DNA from: Spirochaetia bacterium
GTDB taxonomy: Bacteria > Spirochaetota > Spirochaetia > CADAEX01
Direction of reading: 5' to 3'
NCBI GenBank assembly: GCA_963662795.1
Contig: OY759746.1
Coordinates: 3,072,001 to 3,136,000 of the forward strand
Length of the DNA stretch: 64,000 nt
Shown here: positions 39,504-46,882 of the stretch, in pieces
Layout: the number at the start of each line of letters is the position of its first letter
Numbering within the stretch: the first letter of the stretch is position 1
Made by a program: the position numbers and the translations under genes
The notes under the pieces: model-generated
What the model was told of the DNA's origin: nothing
What the model saw: the letters and a program-made list of their open reading frames with translations, nothing else
The model's database searches: none

Positions 39504-40031
39504 ATGCTCATAATAATAACCTTGATAGTTAATACGTTAGCATTATTTCTTATTTTCCATTATTTTAAATGGAAACTGACAAGTTATAATTTTCTTGATG
39601 GTTTCGAAAAAAAGAAAGAAGAATTTAAAGATGAAATAGATGAGATTATTATTGAAATTAACAGGACAACAGAGAGAAATTTACAGATTCTGGAAGCAAA
39701 AATAAATCAGCTTAATGAAATTACAGCCAGATCAGAAAAAATGTTCAATGCCCTTAAAAAGCAAAAGAATACTGATGAAAGTACAGAGGAAATATTTCAG
39801 AAGCTAGAGAAAAAAAGCATCAGCGACAGGATTGAGAAGCTGGGCAGCTCCCAGAGTTCGGGGCCGACGCATCCGGCAGGAGCGGCTGAAAGCGCTGTTA
39901 CAAGGGAAGATATCAGACATAAGGTCATGTCAATGTATCAGAATGGTATAGATATTGAGCTAATATCCAGGAATCTCGGTATTACTTCAGGTGAGGCTGA
40001 ATTAATAATATCAATAAATAATATAAAATAA
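39504..40031 (+). CDS. Membrane-anchored coiled-coil protein with C-terminal HTH-like motif (SwrB/DUF6115-like)
   Basis: N-terminal TM, a coiled coil, and C-terminus VMSMYQNGIDIELISRNLGITSGEAELII. Confidence 0.7.
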   Translation: MLIIITLIVNTLALFLIFHYFKWKLTSYNFLDGFEKKKEEFKDEIDEIIIEINRTTERNLQILEAKINQLNEITARSEKMFNALKKQKNTDESTEEIFQKLEKKSISDRIEKLGSSQSSGPTHPAGAAESAVTREDIRHKVMSMYQNGIDIELISRNLGITSGEAELIISINNIK

Positions 40032-40042
40032 AGTGGAACTGT

Positions 40043-42172
40043 ATGAATAACTTAATGGAATTGTTTATAAGAGACAGTAAAAAATACATAAGCCAGATTA
40101 TTGATTCCCTCATCAATTATGAAAAAGATCCCGGCAGCAAAGATCAGCTTGATACAACCTTCAGAGCAGTTCATTCAATTAAAACTGAGTCCTCTTACCT
40201 GATATTGAATGATATAAAAGATCTTTCACACAGTATGGAAGATGAGCTTGAAAAATTGAGGTCAGGGAAAGAGGTTTTCACAAAAGAAAAATGCAGTGAT
40301 CTTATTGGAAAAGCTGAAAAACTGCAAATTCTGATAGATAAAACCGAGGAGGAAAATTTATCCTGGCCTGAATTAATTGAAGACAGCGGCAGTGAAGGGG
40401 TGCTGAGTATTGCTGTTGATACATCAGAAGATGACTATGGAACAGATGAAAATAAAGATGAAACTATAGAAGAACCTGGATCAGAAACAGATATTGAAGA
40501 TCTCGAGGAAATTGAAGAACTGGAAGAAGAGCCTGAAGAGCTGGAAGAGCTGGCAGAAGATATTATTCCCGAAGAGACAGAAATATCTGAAGAGAAGGTC
40601 CCAGAAAATTCTGAATCCAGTGCATCTGAGCCTCCTGAGGAACATTATGAATTGAACATCCATAATAATGAGCTTATTAGCCGTAAAGCTGAAAGTGATA
40701 TTGAAAATATGGTTAAAAAAGAATTCAATGATTTTCAGATTCAGCTTCTCTCCGATTCAATGAAAAGAGGGGAAAAATTATACAGAATTATTTGTGATAT
40801 ATCGCCGTCAAGCACAATGAAATATCCGCGCCTCTATCTGATTATCAATAATCTTGAGCTTCATACAAATCTTGTTAAAACAATCCCTTCTTTAGATATA
40901 CTTGAAAAGGGGGAAGAAACAAGAATAACCTGTTATATAACTACCAGAAAAAAATACAATGAAATCTATAAAATTATAAATGTTGATGAAGTAAATGATA
41001 TACAGATTATAAATATTCCCTACGAATACCTTTTTCGCCAGGATAAAAAGGAAAAGTCTGCAGATGAAAAGCCTTCAGCAGAAAGGACAATACCTGTAAA
41101 AATCGACCGTCTGGATTTTCTTTTTGTATCAGTACAGTCGATGAGAATATCGCTTTTGCTCAAAGACAACAGGGCGGATTACGTGATTCCTGATTCAATA
41201 CTGGAAACTCTGGAATCAATGGAAAAAAGTATAAGACTTCTAAGAATGGTAAGTCTGTCAGAGGAATTTAAATCTGTACCTGCCGCAATACGGAAGATTG
41301 CATACAGCAAAGGGAAAGAGGTCAATATTGTTTTTAATGACAATGGCGTTGAGATAGACAGGAGTATTTTTGAACTTATTTACGACCCTGTAATACATTT
41401 ATTCAAAAATGCTATTGATCATGGAATAGAAACAGTAGAGGAACGGCTTGAAAAATCCAAAAACCGCAGCGGGAAAATTGTCTGCAGCTCATATTCAGGA
41501 AGCGGGTACCTTGTTATTGAAATTACGGATGACGGTAAAGGGCTTGACCTTAACAAGATTGCAGAAAAAACCGGTTATACAATAACAGAACTTGCAGATG
41601 AAAATAGAATTGTTTCAATACTGACTGCACCGGGATTTACTACTAAAAAAGATGCTGATGAACATTCAGGACGCGGATTCGGGCTTAATCTTGTAAAGGA
41701 AAAAATATCAAAAATTGAAGGTGCGTCACTTGAAATAAAAACAAACCCGGGAAAGGGAACTTCAGTCCGTATAAAACTGCCTGATAATTATATTGCAAGA
41801 AAGGTTTTATATTTCTTAAAAGAAGGCAGGGTGACGGCAGTTGATTCAGAAAGTGTTGAGGCTGAAGCTAACGATGTTGGCGCACATCTTAAACAGAAAA
41901 ATAATGGACAGCTGTTCTACAAAGAAATTCCGGTATATACAAAAGACGGCATCGTTTTTTCCGGCGGCCCGGGGATCAAAAACAGCAAGGGAATAATCAT
42001 TAAAAATAACGGGAAAAAAGGGCTGCTGCTTGCGGATAAAATACTCTTTACGCAGACCATTCCCGCAGACAGGCTATATCTTTTGCACTCCGACCTTCCA
42101 TATCTTTATATGATGCGTGTTGCAGGTATGGAAAGGGAATATCTTTATATTGACAGTTCAATACTTGAATAA
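40043..42172 (+). CDS. cheA: CheA-like histidine kinase (Hpt, acidic linker, P2, HATPase, divergent C-terminus)
   Basis: Hpt FRAVHSIK; P2-like LYRIICDI...PRLYLIINNL; N box HLFKNAIDHGIE; G boxes DDGKGLD, GFTT, SGRGFGL and GKGT. Confidence 0.82.
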   Translation: MNNLMELFIRDSKKYISQIIDSLINYEKDPGSKDQLDTTFRAVHSIKTESSYLILNDIKDLSHSMEDELEKLRSGKEVFTKEKCSDLIGKAEKLQILIDKTEEENLSWPELIEDSGSEGVLSIAVDTSEDDYGTDENKDETIEEPGSETDIEDLEEIEELEEEPEELEELAEDIIPEETEISEEKVPENSESSASEPPEEHYELNIHNNELISRKAESDIENMVKKEFNDFQIQLLSDSMKRGEKLYRIICDISPSSTMKYPRLYLIINNLELHTNLVKTIPSLDILEKGEETRITCYITTRKKYNEIYKIINVDEVNDIQIINIPYEYLFRQDKKEKSADEKPSAERTIPVKIDRLDFLFVSVQSMRISLLLKDNRADYVIPDSILETLESMEKSIRLLRMVSLSEEFKSVPAAIRKIAYSKGKEVNIVFNDNGVEIDRSIFELIYDPVIHLFKNAIDHGIETVEERLEKSKNRSGKIVCSSYSGSGYLVIEITDDGKGLDLNKIAEKTGYTITELADENRIVSILTAPGFTTKKDADEHSGRGFGLNLVKEKISKIEGASLEIKTNPGKGTSVRIKLPDNYIARKVLYFLKEGRVTAVDSESVEAEANDVGAHLKQKNNGQLFYKEIPVYTKDGIVFSGGPGIKNSKGIIIKNNGKKGLLLADKILFTQTIPADRLYLLHSDLPYLYMMRVAGMEREYLYIDSSILE

Positions 42173-42188
42173 AAATTCTGTGCAGGAA

Positions 42189-43688
42189 TTATATATTCCC
42201 ACTGTATCCGGCATTTTTTAACGCAGTAAGAGCTGCTTCTCTCTCATTCCATGGAACAGGACCGGTTTTATAAATTATTGTGGATTCATGCCCTTTCCCG
42301 AGGAGAATTACTGTATCACCTTTTTCTGCGATTTCAACAGCCTTGCTGATTGCTTCCTGCCTGTCAGATATAAGATAAAGCGATGACTTATCAAAAGCAG
42401 GCTTTATCCCGGAAGAAATCTGCCGGATAATACCCATTGAATCTTCTCCGCGCGGGTCTTCGTCTGTCAGAATCAGTATATCGCTGTAACGGGAGGCAAT
42501 TTTACCCTGAATTGCCCTTTTTTCGGTATCCCGCTCTCCCGCGGAACCGAAAAGAGCGATAAGACGGCCTTTCACAGTTTTTTTTATCATTGGGAATATT
42601 TTTTCAAATGCTCCGGGTGTGTGTGCATAATCTACAATTACAGTAAAATCCTGTCCTGAATTTATTATATCCATTCTCCCTTTTACAGAGACAAGATGCC
42701 CTGATAAGGAGAGTACCTTCCCCATATCCTCCCCGGTAATACCGGAGACGGCAAGAGAAGCGGCAAGAAAATTCTCTATGTTGAAAATACCAGGAACAGG
42801 AAGGATGCACCTGAATGATTGTCCCTTATAATTGGCATCAAACGAGGAACTCAGGCTGTCCGAAATAATGGACGAGGCATAAATATCACTTTTATTATCT
42901 TCCAGTGAATATGAAACAACCGGGGAGGCAGCAGCATTGATAAAGCTCATCTTTGAAGGTTCGCTGTAGTTTACAACACAAAATCCGGTTGTCTTTCTGA
43001 AAAGATTCGCCTTGTCGTTAATATAGTTTTCCATTGTCCCGTGGAATTCAAGATGCTCATGAGTAACATTGGTCAGTACCGCCGCATCATACTTTATTGC
43101 GGCAAGACGGGATGTTTTTTCCGAAAGGCCGTGTGAAGTTGATTCAATTACTCCGTATTCAAAATTGTTCTGAACCATTTCTGAAATAATATGCATTATA
43201 TCAGGTGATTCAGGAGTTGACTGTCTGTATGGATTTTTTTCCGGCTTACCGCTGCCGTCATATTCAACTGTAGAAATAAAACCGGACTTTTTTCCAAGCA
43301 GGTTTAAGAGCTGGTAAATAAAAGAGACTGTAGTGCTTTTACCGTCAGTTCCTGTAACACCGATAATTTTGATGTTCTCCGCGGGATTCCCGTACCACTC
43401 TGATGAAAAGAAAGCCATAGCCTTTCTGGTATCATCAACAAGAATCCAGGAAACTGAAGTATTGATTTTTTCCGGCATCCTGGAAACAAATATGGCTGAG
43501 GCGCCCCTTTCAATTGCATCTTCAATAAAGTTATGTCCGTCTGTATGAATACCTGTAAGCGCGAAAAAGGCATAACCGGTTTTTACGCAGCGCGAATCGT
43601 ATGCTATTCCTTCAATCAAAACATCGGGATTGCCTGCTGTAAGGTTTATATTGCAGTTATTAAGCAAAGCTGATAATCTTTTCGTCAT
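42189..43688 (-). CDS. murE: UDP-MurNAc-tripeptide synthetase MurE
   Basis: Motifs GVTGTDGKST, STPE, ESTSHGL, TNVTHEHL, VDYAHTP, EDPR and LGKGHE. Start taken at ATG 43688; the ORF-track start at 43724 covers the promoter. Confidence 0.94.
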   Translation of the reverse strand: MTKRLSALLNNCNINLTAGNPDVLIEGIAYDSRCVKTGYAFFALTGIHTDGHNFIEDAIERGASAIFVSRMPEKINTSVSWILVDDTRKAMAFFSSEWYGNPAENIKIIGVTGTDGKSTTVSFIYQLLNLLGKKSGFISTVEYDGSGKPEKNPYRQSTPESPDIMHIISEMVQNNFEYGVIESTSHGLSEKTSRLAAIKYDAAVLTNVTHEHLEFHGTMENYINDKANLFRKTTGFCVVNYSEPSKMSFINAAASPVVSYSLEDNKSDIYASSIISDSLSSSFDANYKGQSFRCILPVPGIFNIENFLAASLAVSGITGEDMGKVLSLSGHLVSVKGRMDIINSGQDFTVIVDYAHTPGAFEKIFPMIKKTVKGRLIALFGSAGERDTEKRAIQGKIASRYSDILILTDEDPRGEDSMGIIRQISSGIKPAFDKSSLYLISDRQEAISKAVEIAEKGDTVILLGKGHESTIIYKTGPVPWNEREAALTALKNAGYSGNI

Positions 43689-43695
43689 AATAATG

Positions 43696-43724
43696 ATATT
43701 ATCAATATATTGGTGTATCTTCAA
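43696..43724 (-). promoter_or_regulatory. Sigma-70 promoter of murE, probably leaderless
   Basis: On the minus strand: TTGAAG, 17-bp spacer, TAATAT with an extended TG, 7 nt before the ATG. No SD. Confidence 0.55.
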
Positions 43725-43738
43725 TAGAGGCGGATTAA

Positions 43739-44122
43739 ATGTATACAGTAAGAGCAGAGGATAGTTTTGCCGCGGCTCATTATCTTAAAAATTATCACGG
43801 TAAATGTGAAAATCTGCACGGACACAATTATAAAGTAAGGGTATATGTAAAGGGTAGAGAACTGGACCCGGGCGGAATGCTTCTTGACTTTGGAATTCTT
43901 AAAAAAATACTCAAAAAAATACTTGAAGACTTTGACCATAAAAATCTTAATGACATCCCTTTTTTCATGGAGAGAGACCCAAGCGCGGAACTTATTGCAT
44001 ACTATATTTTTCAGATGATAAAAGAGGAACTGCCGAATGCGGGAGGAGATTGTTCTCTAACCAGGGTTGAGGTTTTTGAGACTGAAAAAAATCTTGCATA
44101 TTATGAAGAAGAAGATATATAG
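43739..44122 (+). CDS. queD: 6-carboxy-5,6,7,8-tetrahydropterin synthase (QueD/PTPS)
   Basis: Motifs FAAAHYL, CENLHGHNY, GMLLDFG, DHKNLN, PSAE and VFET. Confidence 0.92.
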   Translation: MYTVRAEDSFAAAHYLKNYHGKCENLHGHNYKVRVYVKGRELDPGGMLLDFGILKKILKKILEDFDHKNLNDIPFFMERDPSAELIAYYIFQMIKEELPNAGGDCSLTRVEVFETEKNLAYYEEEDI

Positions 44123-44143
44123 TAATATAACGGGAGCTGGCAG

Positions 44144-44797
44144 TTGAAGATAATCGGCTTATCTGATATCCATGGGAATATTAAATATATTTCAGGGATT
44201 AAAAATGAAATAAAATCAGCAGATCTTGTCCTTATAGCCGGTGATATTACTCATTTCGGATATTCACCTGATGCTGAAAAGATTATTTCCGCAATCATGG
44301 AGATTAATAAAAATATTTTTTCAATTACCGGTAACTGCGATAATAAATCTGTTGCAGAGTTTATAGAGAATATTGGTATTTCTGCTGAAGGGAAAGAGGT
44401 TTATTACAAACCTTTTGATCTTAAAATACTTGGTTTCGGAGGGTCAGTTTCAACACCGGTAAACACTCCCAATACTTTTCCTGAATCTGTTTTCCTTGAT
44501 TTTTTCTCTTCGAAAGATTCGTCACCCGATATTTTACTTACGCATCAACCCCCTTACAATACATCTTCAGACAGGGTAATGGGAGTGAAGCATGTCGGAA
44601 GTCCTGCCATCAGGGCTTTTCTTGATGTGAAAAAACCGCGTCTTTGTCTGTGCGGACATATTCATGAGTCAATATGCGCAGATTATTGCGGAGAGACACT
44701 TGTAGTTAATCCCGGTCCGTTTAAAAACGGTTATTACAGCATAATCTACAGCGAAGACAGGACAGGCAAGTTTACTGCTGAATTGTTAAGGCTTTAG
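44144..44797 (+). CDS. Calcineurin-like metallophosphoesterase (Icc-related)
   Basis: Motifs SDIHG, AGDIT, GNCD, THQPP, CGHIHE and VNPG. Confidence 0.88.
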   Translation: MKIIGLSDIHGNIKYISGIKNEIKSADLVLIAGDITHFGYSPDAEKIISAIMEINKNIFSITGNCDNKSVAEFIENIGISAEGKEVYYKPFDLKILGFGGSVSTPVNTPNTFPESVFLDFFSSKDSSPDILLTHQPPYNTSSDRVMGVKHVGSPAIRAFLDVKKPRLCLCGHIHESICADYCGETLVVNPGPFKNGYYSIIYSEDRTGKFTAELLRL

Positions 44798-44906
44798 ACA
44801 GTTTTACAACATATCAGACCTCATGACGAAAGGGATTCATATTTTAAAAAAGTCATGTTTTGAAAAAGGTTTTTATAATTTGAAAACTTAGCTGGAGGTC
44901 TTTTAA

Positions 44907-46760
44907 GTGAAAAAAAACAATTCAGAAAAAGGTATAAAATTAACTCTTAAATTATCAATTCTTGTCGGCTCTGTCATCCTTATTACACAGTTATTAAGCA
45001 CAGCAACAGCAATTCATCTTGCTTCAGGCACTGCCAATAATATTATGGAAATGAATGTTCTCGCAAAACTGAATGGAGACTTAAATTCCGCAGGTGTATA
45101 TCTGGAAAAATATTATGGGAAATTAAGTCTGGTGCAGAATAATTATCTTGCTGATGAACAGGGTAAACCGATAATCGGCAGTTATAAAATGATCGACAGC
45201 CTGCTCAGGGATCTTGGTACTGTAGCAACTATATTCATGAAAAAGGATGATGATTTTATCCGGGTTGTTACAAATCTGAAAAATGAGAGCGGAGACAGGG
45301 CAATAGGAACAATGCTCGGGACAGACAGCCCTGCATATAAAGACGTTATTGCCGGAAAAGTTTTTATTGGCCGTGACAGTGTTCTTGGAAAAAACTATTT
45401 CTCAGCCTACAATCCAATCACGGATACCAAAGGAGAAATAATCGGAATTCTCTTTATCGGAGTTCCTGTCAATGAATCTCAGCAAAGTATTACTCATTCA
45501 ATAAAGACCCTTTCAATAACAATGATGATCGTTTCGTTCGCCTCAATAATAATTGTTACATTTATAATCATTTTATTTTCGAACAGACTTATAATCAAAC
45601 CAATCAAATCAACTGCCGCAATGCTTAAAGATATATCTGAAGGAGAGGGAGACCTTACCAAAAAGCTTGTAGTAAAAAGCAGGGATGAAATTCGGGAAAT
45701 GTGCGATTATTTTAATCTGACAATTGAAAAAATAGCAAAAATGATTGCTAAAATAAAAAAAGAATCAACCGCTCTTAAGGAGGTAGGTGATGAGCTCTCG
45801 TCAAATATGACCGAGACAGCTTCTGCAGTAAATCAAATAACCGCCAATATCTCAGGTATCAAAAATCAGACAGTAAACCAGTCCTCAGGTGTCTCACAGG
45901 CAAATGAAACAGTAAAAGAAATTGCATCAGACATAAATAATCTGAATAGTTTAATTGATAATCAGGCCGCAAGTGTTATTCAGTCATCATCAGCGATAGA
46001 AGAAATGGTTGCCAATATAAAATCAGTAGGCAACATACTGAATAATAACAGCAAATCAGTAGATGAATTGAAAATTGCTTCAGAAACAGGAAAAAACGGC
46101 ATTATTGAAGTTTCAGAATTGATTAATTCAATTTCAAGGGATTCTGAAGGATTGATTGAGGCAAGTTCCATAATCCAGGGTATTGCCGGACAGACAAATC
46201 TGCTTTCAATGAATGCCGCAATTGAAGCCGCGCACGCCGGAGATTCAGGAAAAGGCTTTGCTGTTGTGGCCGGGGAGATCCGTAAACTCTCTGAGAATGC
46301 AGCAACTCAGGGAAAAGAAATTATAAAGGTTTTAAAGAATCTCAAAACAGCAATAGACAGGGTAACTGAATTGTCCGAAAAGGCAAAAACCCAATTCGAA
46401 AGTATGTTCCAGCTTACTGATGTTGTAAAGAATCAGGAAAATATTATTAAGAATGCAATGGAAGAGCAGACAAGCGGTGGTACCCAGGTGCTTGAAGCGA
46501 TCGGTGAGATTAATAATATCACTGTTAAGGTAAGGGATGGTTCTGCCAAGATGCTTGAAGGCAGCAGCCGCGTTATTGAAGAGATGAATCACGTATATAT
46601 GGTTACACAGGAAATAACAGGCAGCATGAATGAAATGGCAGTAGGTACAGGTGAAATAAACAGCGCTGTAAACGAAGTTAACAGGATAACCCAGAAAAAC
46701 CGGGAAAGCATCAATGTGCTTATTGACGAGGTTTCACGGTTCAGGGTTAAATCTGAGTAA
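44907..46760 (+). CDS. Methyl-accepting chemotaxis protein (Cache sensor, HAMP, signalling domain)
   Basis: Two TMs; Cache-type ATIF...FIRVVTN...RAIGT; HAMP GEGDLT...RDEI; signalling tip QTNLLSMNAAIEAAHAGDSGKGFAVVAGEIRKLSE. Confidence 0.95.
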   Translation: MKKNNSEKGIKLTLKLSILVGSVILITQLLSTATAIHLASGTANNIMEMNVLAKLNGDLNSAGVYLEKYYGKLSLVQNNYLADEQGKPIIGSYKMIDSLLRDLGTVATIFMKKDDDFIRVVTNLKNESGDRAIGTMLGTDSPAYKDVIAGKVFIGRDSVLGKNYFSAYNPITDTKGEIIGILFIGVPVNESQQSITHSIKTLSITMMIVSFASIIIVTFIIILFSNRLIIKPIKSTAAMLKDISEGEGDLTKKLVVKSRDEIREMCDYFNLTIEKIAKMIAKIKKESTALKEVGDELSSNMTETASAVNQITANISGIKNQTVNQSSGVSQANETVKEIASDINNLNSLIDNQAASVIQSSSAIEEMVANIKSVGNILNNNSKSVDELKIASETGKNGIIEVSELINSISRDSEGLIEASSIIQGIAGQTNLLSMNAAIEAAHAGDSGKGFAVVAGEIRKLSENAATQGKEIIKVLKNLKTAIDRVTELSEKAKTQFESMFQLTDVVKNQENIIKNAMEEQTSGGTQVLEAIGEINNITVKVRDGSAKMLEGSSRVIEEMNHVYMVTQEITGSMNEMAVGTGEINSAVNEVNRITQKNRESINVLIDEVSRFRVKSE

Positions 46761-46835
46761 ATAATGCGGCATGTTCTTTAATTACAGAACCATAAAAGTA
46801 CTCCGGTATGTGAAAAGAATAATCCGTAATTTTAC

Positions 46836-46864
46836 TTGTACGCTTGAGAATCGTTAATTATAAT
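46836..46864 (+). promoter_or_regulatory. Sigma-70 promoter of the MBL/cNMP gene
   Basis: TTGTAC (46836-41), 17-bp spacer, TATAAT (46859-64), then an AAGGA SD and ATG 46883. Confidence 0.65.
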
Positions 46865-46882
46865 TTAGAAAAGGATTTAATT

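Noticed and set aside
40496-40560. GAAGA(G/A)CTG-type short tandem repeats
   Set aside because: They are a coding consequence of the EELEE acidic CheA linker, not an independent repeat array.
43739-44797. queD as part of a 7-deazaguanine DNA modification (dpd) defence island
   Set aside because: No dpdA/tgt, queC, queE or folE, and no mobile context nearby.
44798-44906. c-di-GMP riboswitch or sigma-28 promoter before the MCP
   Set aside because: Only short inverted repeats (AGACCTC/GAGGTCT, CATGAC/GTCATG) are present. There is no GEMM consensus and no CCGATA element.
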